Made by a program: the position numbers and the translations under genes
The notes under the pieces: generated by a model
Told to the model about the DNA's origin: nothing
Database searches by the model: none
Seen by the model: only the letters and a program-made list of their open reading frames with translations
Shown here: piece after piece, positions 10,236 to 20,436 of the stretch
Layout of the letters: every line of letters begins with the position of its first letter
How positions within the stretch are numbered: the first letter of the stretch is position 1
NCBI GenBank assembly: GCA_043799565.1
Contig: JAZDNP010000005.1
Location: 1 to 55,494, forward strand
Length of the DNA: 55,494 nucleotides
Direction of reading: 5' to 3'
From: Candidatus Brennerbacteria bacterium
Lineage (GTDB): Bacteria > Patescibacteriota > Minisyncoccia > UBA6257 > GWB1-50-10

Positions 10236-11192
10236 CTAAAAACTTAGATTTTTGAAGACTCGGATGTTGTAGTATGCTTCGTTCTCAAAGTCGTCAAACT
10301 GACCAAGATTATTGTGTAAATGCCTTACGGTGTCCGCGATGCTGTGTTTGGGCATAAAACCGAGAACATTTTGGGCTTTGTCGGTGGATGCTCTGTAATT
10401 TCTTAAATCCGGTATGTTTTTTATAACCAAACCGATTTCTTTTCCCGTTAATGCTTTTATTTCTTCTTTTACCGAATTTGCCACTTCTCCCACGGTGTAA
10501 TTACCAGAAGCGACGTTAAATGTTCCGGTTATTGCGGGGGGTGCTTCTATTGCGAGTATAAATGCATGGATTGCGTCACGTATATCAAGGATGGGTCGCC
10601 ATATAGCGGGGTTGTTAACGGTTATTTTCCCTTCGGTCATGGCGGATTTGTACATTGTGTTCACAATCAGGTCAAACCTCATCCGAGAACTCCAACCGCA
10701 AACAGTCCCCTGCCTCAATCCTATAACCGAAAAGTCATCGTCTCGGAGCTGGGAACAACCTAGTTCTCCTTGGAGTTTCGAAATCCCATAAGGGTAACCG
10801 CACGTTGCCCCCGGGTCTTCGTCATATAATCTGTCCTGTGTATACCCGTAAACTGAGCAAGAAGAGGCGTAAACAAATCTTTTCGCTCCCGCCTTCTTCG
10901 CTATGTAGGCAAGGTAGACCGGGTGAGCGGCGTTATAAACGAAGTTTTGGGCGGGATTGAACTCGGCCATTGGATCATTCGAAAGTCCTCCCAAAAACAC
11001 CACGCTGTCGTACCCCTCCAAGTCCTTTTCGATACAATCAAAAAGGTTTTTTTTGATGGCTTTTACTCTTTCCGGCAGATGGTTTCCAAACCAAAAGAGA
11101 TCGATTACGTCAACCTCGTATCCCTTTTCCAAAAGTGCGGGAGCTAAAGATGAACCAATATAACCTCCGCCGCCTGCCAATAATATTTTCAT
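10236..11192 (-). CDS. NAD-dependent nucleotide-sugar epimerase/dehydratase (extended SDR)
   Basis: GGGGYIGS, ASSCSVYG, YGISK and RFDLIVN. Confidence 0.9.
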   Translation of the reverse strand: MKILLAGGGGYIGSSLAPALLEKGYEVDVIDLFWFGNHLPERVKAIKKNLFDCIEKDLEGYDSVVFLGGLSNDPMAEFNPAQNFVYNAAHPVYLAYIAKKAGAKRFVYASSCSVYGYTQDRLYDEDPGATCGYPYGISKLQGELGCSQLRDDDFSVIGLRQGTVCGWSSRMRFDLIVNTMYKSAMTEGKITVNNPAIWRPILDIRDAIHAFILAIEAPPAITGTFNVASGNYTVGEVANSVKEEIKALTGKEIGLVIKNIPDLRNYRASTDKAQNVLGFMPKHSIADTVRHLHNNLGQFDDFENEAYYNIRVFKNLSF

Positions 11193-11911
11193 GCTTCTTT
11201 AAATAAATCGTTATATTTATCGCAATTCAGGGAAGTATCCGAGGGAGCTTCGAATGGGACGTCTTCTATTGATAATTCGCCCACCTCTTTCTGAGGGTCA
11301 AGACCTTTCGCGTATTCATAGACGGTCTTCTTTCTCCCTCCCACGTGGATTACTCCTCTAAAGTCTGAGTTTACTATCCTTGCTATCTTTTTGGCAACCT
11401 CACTCACGGATTCCCGGCTGGTCCATTGGTCGATAAAAGCCTCCTTATAGGGGAATTTATTTGGACCGAAACTCGTTCGGATAATTACCGAATTATCATA
11501 TAGCCGTACGGCGCATTCGCCGCCCAACTTCGACCAGGCGTACTTATTCACAGGGAACATCGGATCTTCTTCTGAATAACCGCCCGCGTCCCCCTTAAAG
11601 ACGTAATCCGTAGATATATAGACCAACTTGAGATTATGACGCATGCATAGTTTCACGATATTTGCAGTTCCTATTACATTCACTTCTACTGCTTTTAAGG
11701 GTTCTTGTTCGATTTTTGGTGGAGAAATGAATGCTGCCGCATGGATTACCATACGATAACTACCGTTACCAACGTATTCCTCCATTTGATCATAATTTGT
11801 GACGTCAAATTCTTCATGCGGGGGGAAAATTATGTCGGGAAATAATTTTTCCATTTCAGAACCAAGAAGTCCCGACCCTCCAGTAAAAATGGTTTCTTTT
11901 TGGTGAATCAT
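11189..11911 (-). CDS. dTDP-4-dehydrorhamnose reductase-like SDR (short RmlD-like)
   Basis: TGGSGLLG, ISTDYVFKG and YAWSKLGGE. Confidence 0.8.
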   Translation of the reverse strand: MIHQKETIFTGGSGLLGSEMEKLFPDIIFPPHEEFDVTNYDQMEEYVGNGSYRMVIHAAAFISPPKIEQEPLKAVEVNVIGTANIVKLCMRHNLKLVYISTDYVFKGDAGGYSEEDPMFPVNKYAWSKLGGECAVRLYDNSVIIRTSFGPNKFPYKEAFIDQWTSRESVSEVAKKIARIVNSDFRGVIHVGGRKKTVYEYAKGLDPQKEVGELSIEDVPFEAPSDTSLNCDKYNDLFKEA

Positions 11912-11912
11912 A

Positions 11913-12566
11913 TTAGAATAAACCGAGTTTTTTCATGTCGTCATAGATGAAGTTGTTGGATCGTTCATCTTCAACCCACGTTTTTAGTGATAATCCATTT
12001 CTGTCTTTTTCAGTGATTATTGAATTCTTTAAATCGCCCCTAAGAGAACGAAGCGTGTCATTATCACATAAAGACCAATCAATGTCGCTGGCAAGAGGAG
12101 AAATACCGGCCTCACAGCCCTGACTATATTCTCCGGAACAGAAATATTCTATTACCGTATCTAATTTGAAGTAATTGCCATGCGCAAAGCCTGGCGGTAC
12201 CCAAATCCATTCGTCGAGATCGGACTCCTGCGACGCCGGCAAATCATATGTCATCGCTTTACCAAAAGTATCAGAGCCCTTCCTAATATCAAGGAGGAGA
12301 TCAAGCATGTGCCCAGAAATCGTTCGTACTAGTTTTCCCATGAAAGGGTTCCATTGAAAATGCAAACCCCTGACTACGCCCTTCTTTGAATAACTTTGAT
12401 TTGCCTGAACAAAATTTATGCCTTTCATGCCGGGTAAATCGTGGTGGTTAAAAAGGTCGCTTTTTCGAAAGTGTTCCGTGAAATAACCTCGTTCGTCGCG
12501 GAATCTGGAAAAACCTATCAATTTCACGTCAGGCAAGGGTAAATTTTTTACGTACAATATCTTCAT
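11913..12566 (-). CDS. rmlC: dTDP-4-dehydrorhamnose 3,5-epimerase family protein
   Basis: DERGYFTE, VRGLHFQ, DIRKGS.TFG and PPGFAHG. Confidence 0.85.
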   Translation of the reverse strand: MKILYVKNLPLPDVKLIGFSRFRDERGYFTEHFRKSDLFNHHDLPGMKGINFVQANQSYSKKGVVRGLHFQWNPFMGKLVRTISGHMLDLLLDIRKGSDTFGKAMTYDLPASQESDLDEWIWVPPGFAHGNYFKLDTVIEYFCSGEYSQGCEAGISPLASDIDWSLCDNDTLRSLRGDLKNSIITEKDRNGLSLKTWVEDERSNNFIYDDMKKLGLF

Positions 12567-12568
12567 TT

Positions 12569-13597
12569 TTAAAAAATTTTATTTCTTAACACGAAGAGAC
12601 TCCTATAAAGATCAGCGCCAAAAAAAGACAAAATGAAATGGACATAATTCTTAAAATCGAAGGGATCAACTCTTGCAGCTTTCAGAAAATATTTCCTGGC
12701 CGAAGCCGAAGCTCCGCCAATCATATACAATTCGCCGACCCCCCTTAATTTTCCACTATAAAGCGCCGGAATATTCTCATGAAAACTGTGTCTTTCTAAG
12801 AGAAGAGCAAACTCGTTCCCCCTTTTGAGGGCGTGCTTGCGACTGTATTGTTCATGCGCTTTTCCGGTGTTTTCTCCATGCATATAAACTTTGAAAAGCG
12901 GCTCGTCAATAAAATAGAAATTATAAGACGCTTCCGCAAGCCTGAATAACACATCCGTATCCTCAAATTCAGTCAGCGCCACATCGCGAGGACCAATAGC
13001 GTCAATGACTTTTCTAGGAAAGATCATCCCACTGTTATTACTGCCGTAAAATTCCGGATACATAAAAACATCACGTAGCGATCTATAAAAAACTCGCTTG
13101 AAAGTGGGGAATGATTTTTCATCTAAACTGGCAATGGTGATGCCATGCCGTCTAGCGTCAGTCAATGATTTGGATATTTTTGGAGTAGCGGAAATTCCTT
13201 TAGCCGGCCCTCTTTCATTTATCTCGTAACTGTTACAGCTGACAAGGCCGATGTTTTCGTCTTTAACGATTTCAAAAAGTTTCATCTGTCTCTCTAATTT
13301 CTCCGGCAGCCACTGATCGTCGGAATCCAGATAAGCTATGTATTCGCCTTTGGCGAACGGCAAACCGGCATTTTTAGGATAAGCTGGTCCACCGGAATTA
13401 TCTTTTAAAAATACGGGTCTTACTCTTGTATCTTTCTCCTCAAATTTCTTTATTACTTCTCTGGTTTTATCTGTGGAATAATCATCAACGATGATCAATT
13501 CAAAATCCTTATAAGTTTGACTTAATACACTTAGAATCGCGCGGGGCAATAATTTCTCCCTGTTATAGGCCGGAATAATAACGGAAACTTTTGGCAT
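12569..13597 (-). CDS. GT2 glycosyltransferase
   Basis: MPKVSVIIPAYNRE, VDDYSTD and YLDSDD. The ATG at 13597 avoids overlap with the upstream gene. Confidence 0.9.
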   Translation of the reverse strand: MPKVSVIIPAYNREKLLPRAILSVLSQTYKDFELIIVDDYSTDKTREVIKKFEEKDTRVRPVFLKDNSGGPAYPKNAGLPFAKGEYIAYLDSDDQWLPEKLERQMKLFEIVKDENIGLVSCNSYEINERGPAKGISATPKISKSLTDARRHGITIASLDEKSFPTFKRVFYRSLRDVFMYPEFYGSNNSGMIFPRKVIDAIGPRDVALTEFEDTDVLFRLAEASYNFYFIDEPLFKVYMHGENTGKAHEQYSRKHALKRGNEFALLLERHSFHENIPALYSGKLRGVGELYMIGGASASARKYFLKAARVDPFDFKNYVHFILSFFGADLYRSLFVLRNKIF

Positions 13598-13602
13598 TTT
13601 GA

Positions 13603-14379
13603 TTATTTGAGGGAAAGTACACCGATGCCGCCCCATCCTTGATCCTTATCTTCGATAAGCTCCACGTGTTCGTACTTCCCTTTTATTTCGTTCCAAAACT
13701 TTTCTACTTCACAATCGGGCCCGGCAAAAGGATGATACGCCACATCGTGGAATGCGACCAACCCACCATTTTTCACGAGCGGGCTATACATAAGGAAATC
13801 CTTCTTGACACCTTCATATGTGTGGTCCCCATCAATGAAAAGGAGATCCAGCGTGCGTCCGGCAAGGATCTTCGAGACCGCGTGGAGCGCCGCGGGATCG
13901 TGGGAATCGTATTTTAGGAAATGCATGCGCTGGGAGGGACTCGCGAAGGAACGGTAGAGCAGTCTCCGCCAGTTCGCGTATCCTCCACGCGCCGCAGGAA
14001 GGTCCAAACTTATGAGTGTCGCATTAGGCGCGGAAAGTTTCGTGAGGAGAAAGAGCACGCCCCCGCGATCCGTCCCGATTTCCAGCACCGTGCGGGGCCG
14101 TTCTTTTTGCACCATGCGGAGAAAACCGAGAATTTCTAACCGAATCTGGATTGGCCGAATTATTCCAAGAAATAAACGCTCCGAAAAACGAAGAAGCTTC
14201 TCCGCTTCCATCTCCCTTCCAAACCATTTCACCCACATTATTGCGAGCGGCGAGCAGAGAAAAAAGAATGGTCGTTCGAATGGTCTGAAAATCCTTTTCC
14301 ACACGCGCGCGATAAAGACACCCCATCCTTTCTCTCGAACGAGGATGTGTGCCCGCTTGAATAGGTTCGTAACTCCCAT
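13603..14379 (-). CDS. SAM-dependent methyltransferase (Methyltransf_24-like)
   Basis: LEIGTDRGG, FIDGDHTYEGV and AFHDV. Start is uncertain (ATG 14379 or TTG 14430). Confidence 0.85.
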   Translation of the reverse strand: MGVTNLFKRAHILVREKGWGVFIARVWKRIFRPFERPFFFLCSPLAIMWVKWFGREMEAEKLLRFSERLFLGIIRPIQIRLEILGFLRMVQKERPRTVLEIGTDRGGVLFLLTKLSAPNATLISLDLPAARGGYANWRRLLYRSFASPSQRMHFLKYDSHDPAALHAVSKILAGRTLDLLFIDGDHTYEGVKKDFLMYSPLVKNGGLVAFHDVAYHPFAGPDCEVEKFWNEIKGKYEHVELIEDKDQGWGGIGVLSLK

Positions 14380-14440
14380 GAATAGCACAATGAGTGATTT
14401 ATTGTAACGCGGAAGGATGTACCTCCTCAAACCCTCATTG

Positions 14441-15598
14441 TCATTTTCCCAGCACTCTTCGATATTCCGCTACTATCCGGTCTCCATAATCATCCCACGT
14501 GAATCCCGACGATACACGCTCCCGCGCCGCCTCTCCCATTCTCGTGCATGCTTCCGGATTCTCGTAGAAAAAGAGGATTTTGGATTTCAACGCTTCCACG
14601 TCCCGTATGGGAATGATGAATCCGTCCACACCCTCGCGTACCACATCCTCCGCACCGGTATTCGTGGTAGCAATGATAGGAAGTCCACATGCCATCGCCT
14701 GAAGCTGTACCATCGCGAGTCCTTCTTGGATAGAGCAGATGGCAAAGACCGAACTTTGCGAATAGTGATGTTGAAGCTCGCGCTGAGGAACGTGCCCTAT
14801 CCAGTGGAACTTCCCCTCATATTTTTTGAAAAACGGCTCTATGTCGCCGGAACGAGAGGACCCTACCAAAAGAAGCTCGGAATTCGAGAGGTTGAGCTCA
14901 GCGAACGCACGGAGAAGATAGTGCACTCCTTTCGATAGCGTCATTGCGCCCACATATATCACCCTAAACACATTATCCTTTTTCGGCTTTGGATAGAACT
15001 CCTTGAGATCGATGCCGTAGGGAACGTGGATGAGTTTCCGCTCCGGAACCCCCTCATTGAGGAATGAGCGTTTTGCAAAGAGGGATGGTACCGAAATATA
15101 GTCCATCTCTTCATACGCACGGAGATCATCCTCGATCGCGCGTGGATCGGAAACGAGTATAGGAGGAGGCGCAATGCCAAATCGATCGTATTCTTCACAA
15201 ATAATTTGAGTTGCGTAGCGACTATGTGAACTCCCGTTCTCCACTATCACCGTCATCCCCCGGCGCTTCGCCTCTCGCATGGTGTAGCGATACACCGAGG
15301 GGCCCGCGACGAGAATGTCCGCGGTACGGAGCGCATGACAGGAATCGCGGTCAAAAACGTTATGGAAAAAATACTGTGGGTTGTAGAGTTCTTTCAGAAA
15401 AGACGGGAGTACTCCCCACGTCCGCTGGAGCACCTCTTTCATTGGTCGGGAACTTATCTTCTCGCGCGGGATGCCAAATCGAGTCACCACAAATTTGGGG
15501 TACGAGGTAATGAGCTGGGAAAGGTTCCCCCTTTTCTCAAGTTGCTCCGCGAGATTAAAAAAGTGGAACCGTCCGAGTATGGAGAGTGCGATTTTCAT
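14441..15598 (-). CDS. GT4 glycosyltransferase
   Basis: KGVHYLL and SIQEGLAMVQLQAMACGLP. Confidence 0.9.
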   Translation of the reverse strand: MKIALSILGRFHFFNLAEQLEKRGNLSQLITSYPKFVVTRFGIPREKISSRPMKEVLQRTWGVLPSFLKELYNPQYFFHNVFDRDSCHALRTADILVAGPSVYRYTMREAKRRGMTVIVENGSSHSRYATQIICEEYDRFGIAPPPILVSDPRAIEDDLRAYEEMDYISVPSLFAKRSFLNEGVPERKLIHVPYGIDLKEFYPKPKKDNVFRVIYVGAMTLSKGVHYLLRAFAELNLSNSELLLVGSSRSGDIEPFFKKYEGKFHWIGHVPQRELQHHYSQSSVFAICSIQEGLAMVQLQAMACGLPIIATTNTGAEDVVREGVDGFIIPIRDVEALKSKILFFYENPEACTRMGEAARERVSSGFTWDDYGDRIVAEYRRVLGK

Positions 15599-16611
15599 AG
15601 TGAGCGCTCAAAATACCTTCCTAAAAAGGAGGTACGTAATTTATGGCGGAAGGACGATGGGAGCACTCTTCGGAGCCACGTTTTTAGCCATTTACGGAGC
15701 TTCCGACAATCCGCCGTCCGTGCCAAACTTAGTCTCTTCTCCGCTTCGTTCCGAAAAAATTCTTGCGCTTCGGACGTAATACCAGGAAGATGCAGGAAAT
15801 ATGTGAGAAGTTCTTTGAGGAGCTTGGTCGCTTCTTCCGCCTCTGCAACCGTCAATACCCGTTCGGGTTGCATAACCCACCCAACAACCACATCCGAAAC
15901 CTCACGTCTTAGAATCTCCTTAAAAATCCTTTTCCGAATGATGATTCCCGACTGGTATTGAATATCCGACTGTGTACTCCCTATGGACGCGCTGTGTACC
16001 CGTTTGGTGCAAAGCACTTCCGGGATGTTTGCAAAGCGCGTCTTCGCGATGAGTCGGCTCCAAAGCTCCGTGTCTTCAATATGGATGAATGCGGGGTCGT
16101 ATCCCTCCGCGGCGGCTACTACATTCCGTCGCATCATAACCGATGGATGTACCAGAGGGAGTCCAAAAATGAGCTCCCAAAATATCGCGGCGTGCGTTTC
16201 GGGCGGACGTAGAACGGAGAGTCCTCTTCCGCGCGCATCAACCTGTGCCACATGCGTTCCCACCACTCCTATCTCCGGGTGGGATTCCAAATACTTTATT
16301 TGTTTCTCAAACCTGCTTGTATCGCTCCAATCGTCCGCGTCCGCACGCGCAATATAGGTTCCCCGTGCAACTTCAAGTCCCCGGTTCAATGACCGCACGA
16401 GTCCAATATTTTTCTCGTTCGTGAGTCGCACAATGCGTTCATCCCGAAATCCGTCCAAAATATCTGCAGTTCCGTCCGTGGAACCGTCGTTCACGATAAT
16501 AAGCTCGAAATCGCGGAATGTTTGGGCAAGAACGCTCGTAATAGAATCCCGGACAAATCTAGCGCCATTATAGACCGCGAGGATAACGGAGATGGATGGT
16601 ATGTGTGTCAT
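15595..16611 (-). CDS. GT2 glycosyltransferase
   Basis: SVILAVYNG, NDGSTDGT, RADADD and HPSVMMR. Confidence 0.9.
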   Translation of the reverse strand: MTHIPSISVILAVYNGARFVRDSITSVLAQTFRDFELIIVNDGSTDGTADILDGFRDERIVRLTNEKNIGLVRSLNRGLEVARGTYIARADADDWSDTSRFEKQIKYLESHPEIGVVGTHVAQVDARGRGLSVLRPPETHAAIFWELIFGLPLVHPSVMMRRNVVAAAEGYDPAFIHIEDTELWSRLIAKTRFANIPEVLCTKRVHSASIGSTQSDIQYQSGIIIRKRIFKEILRREVSDVVVGWVMQPERVLTVAEAEEATKLLKELLTYFLHLPGITSEAQEFFRNEAEKRLSLARTADCRKLRKWLKTWLRRVLPSSFRHKLRTSFLGRYFERSL

Positions 16612-17666
16612 GTGATGAGATTCGATATCGTTTCGGTTATACGAGCGCGGTATGTCCGGGGATCCATTCGCTCGGGAATATTGACCTCATAGCAGGCGAG
16701 CTTCCCAGCACAACTCCCCAGAATGCCCTCCTCATCCCGTATAAATGCGTTCTCATTGACCGATCCGATCCTTGCGAGTAAACGTAGGAAATTCATCCCT
16801 TCGCCGAGTTCCAGGTGGAGAATGCGAAGAAGTCGCGCGGTAAGTTCTTTTGCGTCCATGCGCGATGTAACGATTTCCTCTCCGCTTCCCCGCTTCAAAA
16901 AAGCGCTTATCCCCAAATTCGTCGTTATTCCTTCCCGCTCTTTGGGAATGAGCGACTCCGCGGGAACTTTCACGTACGGAGCTCCCCACCCTTCGAAAAG
17001 CGGTCTCCCCGGCGCTACGGTTCGTTTTGCAACAAAATTGAGTGCTCGTTTCAAAAAGTAGTACGGCGCGAATATTTTTCTCCTTTTGAGATACCAGGCC
17101 GCGGGAGAACCGTTGAGTTCGGAAAACGCGGTAAGGTGATATCGGTAGATGGAGAAATCACTCGGATAAGAATAGCAATTCCCTTCTCGGCTTACCATGA
17201 CAAGATCATCGCCGAAAAATTTTACATCGGCACGGTCGCGCATCGCCGCAATGAGCAGTGTTTTTCCTACTCCTCCCATTCCCGGGAAAAGAACGCCCTT
17301 CCCTTTTATCTCAAGCGCCGCCGCATGCACCAAACTCATGCCTCGCGGCACAAGGAGAAGTTGGAGCCAAAAGTTTGTTGCGCGGTTCGCATATGAAGCG
17401 AATTCCTTCACCTTTCCGTTCTTCCACGTAAACGCGTATCGCTCGCGCGGAGAAAACGCTCCGCCGGCGAATCCGCGCCATCCGCCCACGAGATCCGTAG
17501 TGTCTAGAGGCCGTTTGAAATCGGAAAAATCGTATACCTCGTAATCCGCCTCGCCTTGGAATGGGGTGGTTTTGAATGCGCGAAAATAGTGGTCGTAACC
17601 CTCCTTCATCGCGGGAGAGCGAGAGACCACCTTCACTTTTACAATGCCGTGAATATCGTAAAACAC
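16608..17666 (-). CDS. HPr-kinase-like P-loop protein (putative kinase)
   Basis: VHAAAL..GKGVLF.GMGGVGKT (Walker A) followed by FFGDDLVMV. This is the H-A / P-loop / DD arrangement of HprK/PEPCK-like folds. Confidence 0.65.
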   Translation of the reverse strand: MFYDIHGIVKVKVVSRSPAMKEGYDHYFRAFKTTPFQGEADYEVYDFSDFKRPLDTTDLVGGWRGFAGGAFSPRERYAFTWKNGKVKEFASYANRATNFWLQLLLVPRGMSLVHAAALEIKGKGVLFPGMGGVGKTLLIAAMRDRADVKFFGDDLVMVSREGNCYSYPSDFSIYRYHLTAFSELNGSPAAWYLKRRKIFAPYYFLKRALNFVAKRTVAPGRPLFEGWGAPYVKVPAESLIPKEREGITTNLGISAFLKRGSGEEIVTSRMDAKELTARLLRILHLELGEGMNFLRLLARIGSVNENAFIRDEEGILGSCAGKLACYEVNIPERMDPRTYRARITETISNLIT

Positions 17667-17716
17667 TTCCTATGAAGTGTATCGCCGCTCTCCACCCAAG
17701 ACAACTGAAACGCCCT

Positions 17717-18748
17717 TCATGCCAAGGCCTTCATTATCGCGTGATGCACGTTCTCGCAAAATTTCTCCGTGGTGAAGGGACGGTACTTCTCGGAATTCAG
17801 ATACTCCCACCCCCGCTTCCGCATCGCCTCATACTCCTTCGTACCCTTGAAGGATTGTAGATATTTCACAAGGTCATCCCAATCGGGGAAGTCGGCGAAA
17901 TTCACATAGGTATCGCGCGGGATATATTCGTCCGCGTTCGGCGGCGGGAGAAAGATGGGAACCGTGCCGGTCGCCATCGCCATGAAAGGGTCGTATTCAA
18001 AGTCGCCGGCGGGGATGGAATTCTGGATACAGAATGCGAACCAGTATTCGGAAAATGTCTGCCACTTGTCCGACGCAAATCCTTTGTAGCAATCGGCATG
18101 GAACGGCGTGACGTTTCTCCCCATTTTGCCGACGTCTTCGGTATTCCATCCCGGACCATAGAGGTCAAGGATGTGGTCGCCGCGATGCTCAAAGTAGCGA
18201 ATGATTTTTCGGCGGAGCGAGTAGAGTTCGCCCGGCACCGACGAGTACTTATTGGATTGCATAAGCACGCAGAGATTTTTCTTCTTACTTTCCAAAAACC
18301 CAGGATAACGCGAAGCATCGAACGGCACCGGCACTTTGAATTCGACGAACTGTTCGGGATACTTCTTCGCAAGATCCGACGACCATGAGAGAAATACCTT
18401 GTGGAAGTGCCGGTACAGTGGAAGATATTTCCACCCCCAAGGATTTACGATCTTAGGCTCAAGAATAAAAAAAATCACCTTCCGCGGATTGATGGAGTGC
18501 TTCAAGATAAAGAGGTACCGCCGGATCCCCGGCTCCATCATGATCCACAGGTCAATTTCGCGGAGATTCGGGTATTTGTCGTAAGTGTTTATCTCAATTC
18601 CCCGTGCCGAGAGGTACTGCTTCAATGCCGCATACCGGTTTATAACCGGGAGCCCCCCGAGCTCCTTGCTCACTTCGGAACCCACGTCAAAGACGTGGTT
18701 TTGCATCATGTCGGTATAGCCGGGATAGAACGCTATTTTGAGCGGCAT
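17717..18748 (-). CDS. GT10 (alpha-1,3-fucosyltransferase-like) glycosyltransferase
   Basis: ELYSLRRKIIRYF, LDLYG.GW, Y.G...DK....SEY.F.FCIQNS and GTVPIF. Confidence 0.65.
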   Translation of the reverse strand: MPLKIAFYPGYTDMMQNHVFDVGSEVSKELGGLPVINRYAALKQYLSARGIEINTYDKYPNLREIDLWIMMEPGIRRYLFILKHSINPRKVIFFILEPKIVNPWGWKYLPLYRHFHKVFLSWSSDLAKKYPEQFVEFKVPVPFDASRYPGFLESKKKNLCVLMQSNKYSSVPGELYSLRRKIIRYFEHRGDHILDLYGPGWNTEDVGKMGRNVTPFHADCYKGFASDKWQTFSEYWFAFCIQNSIPAGDFEYDPFMAMATGTVPIFLPPPNADEYIPRDTYVNFADFPDWDDLVKYLQSFKGTKEYEAMRKRGWEYLNSEKYRPFTTEKFCENVHHAIMKALA

Positions 18749-18752
18749 GGCA

Positions 18753-19850
18753 TTATACGGAGAGAAACTCTATTACTGCGCTACATACATAGTTAATATC
18801 ATCATCAGTGAGCTTACTCGCGGATGGAAGCCAAAGCCCTTCTTTCGCCACACGCTCGGCGACCGGATACGAACCGCTCCTTCCGTACACCGGCTCCGCA
18901 TGAAGCGCGGGGTAAAAAGAACGTGAACCGACTCCTTTTTCTTTGAGAAACGCGATGAGCACCTCACGCTTTCCACCACCCACCAGCACGTCAATAAACC
19001 ACGGCGAGGTATCCAGGAGATTCGTATGGATGAGTGTCAATCCTTCGATGCCGTTCAATTGGGATTCGTACTGCCGGTATATTTCCTTCTTCCGCTCCAC
19101 GCGCCACGGAAGCTTCTCCATCTGCACAAGTCCGACAACGGCCTGGAGATCCGTAAACTTGAAGTTCCACCCCATAGTGAGATAGTGATCGGCGCCTGGT
19201 TTTTCCCGTCCAAAGTCCCTCAATTTCTCTATTCGCGCAAACGCTTCTGAATCGTCGGTTACGATAGCGCCTCCCTGCCCCATAGTGATGACCTTAGGGG
19301 CGCTGAAAGAAAAACTCCCCATGTCGCCGAACGTACCAAGATGTTTTCCTCCTTTCCGCGAACCGAGTGATTGCGCGGCATCTTCAATGAGCTTGAGATT
19401 ATGTTTTTTGCAAAACGAAACAAACCCCTCTAGATTTGCTGGGTAACGGCCGTTTATGGTGACCAGCATGACCGCTTTTGTCCGCAGCGTCACGGCTTTT
19501 TGCATCGCCTCGAAGTCCATACAAAGCGTTGTCGGCTCAATGTCCACGAACACCACTTCGGCTCCCGCGAGCTTCACCGCATTCGCGCTCGCGACCATCG
19601 TGTAGTCGGGCACGATTACTTCGTCGCCCGGACCGATGCCGTACGCAAGAAGAATAAGCGTCAGACTCACCGTACCGTTTGAAACCACCGAACAGTGTTT
19701 CGCGCCGACGTATTCCGCGATGCGCGTTTCAAGCTCGCGGGTCTTTTTGAATTCCGTGACCCATCCCCCGCCTTCCATATACTCGGCGAGCGCTTTTCGC
19801 TCACGCTCGTCGAACCACGGCTCCATCTGCGGGATGTTTCTCTCGGCCAT
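18753..19850 (-). CDS. DegT/DnrJ/EryC1/StrS sugar aminotransferase (perosamine synthase-like)
   Basis: EDAAQSLG, FSFSAPKVITMGQGG and GLWLPS. Confidence 0.92.
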   Translation of the reverse strand: MAERNIPQMEPWFDERERKALAEYMEGGGWVTEFKKTRELETRIAEYVGAKHCSVVSNGTVSLTLILLAYGIGPGDEVIVPDYTMVASANAVKLAGAEVVFVDIEPTTLCMDFEAMQKAVTLRTKAVMLVTINGRYPANLEGFVSFCKKHNLKLIEDAAQSLGSRKGGKHLGTFGDMGSFSFSAPKVITMGQGGAIVTDDSEAFARIEKLRDFGREKPGADHYLTMGWNFKFTDLQAVVGLVQMEKLPWRVERKKEIYRQYESQLNGIEGLTLIHTNLLDTSPWFIDVLVGGGKREVLIAFLKEKGVGSRSFYPALHAEPVYGRSGSYPVAERVAKEGLWLPSASKLTDDDINYVCSAVIEFLSV

Positions 19851-19856
19851 ATGAAT

Positions 19857-20432
19857 TTATTTCTTCTTCGCCTCCACGTTCAAACTAATGAGAATTCCCT
19901 TCTTTTCGTCCATGTGTGGAACGTACGCGCGGGAATAATCGTCGTACCCTTCTGGAAGCGCTTTCCTCCAGTTGTATCGCTTTACTCCCGTAAAACCATT
20001 CGTTTCAAGGAGCCGTTTCAAACTTTTAAAGTCGTAGACGGTCTTGTGGTACACGGTCTTCCCTGTGCCGGGAATGGGCCACTTCCCGAAGATCGGCCCC
20101 AGGATCCCTTGGTGCTCCAGATCCTTTCCATATTTCAGGTATACATTCACCATCGCCTCAAAGTCGGGCACCGCGAGGCGCAGTATGCCGCCCTTCCGGA
20201 GAACCCTTCGCCATTCTTTCAGGACCCTCACCGCTTCCGCGCGATCGAAATATTCAAAAGCGTGCGAGGAATAAATGAGATTCGCGGAACCGGACTTAAA
20301 AATCTTGAGATCGCCGATGGGGCGGCGGTATTTGACGTGAGGAAATTTTGCGAGATCGATATGCACGAATCCGGGAAGATGGCGCTTGCCGCATCCCAGA
20401 TGGACCATAAGCGGTTGTTTTTTTCTCTTCAT
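19857..20432 (-). CDS. SAM-dependent methyltransferase domain protein
   Basis: HLGCG, IYSSHAFEYF and EWRRVLRKGGILRLAVPD. Confidence 0.85.
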   Translation of the reverse strand: MKRKKQPLMVHLGCGKRHLPGFVHIDLAKFPHVKYRRPIGDLKIFKSGSANLIYSSHAFEYFDRAEAVRVLKEWRRVLRKGGILRLAVPDFEAMVNVYLKYGKDLEHQGILGPIFGKWPIPGTGKTVYHKTVYDFKSLKRLLETNGFTGVKRYNWRKALPEGYDDYSRAYVPHMDEKKGILISLNVEAKKK

Positions 20433-20436
20433 ATCG

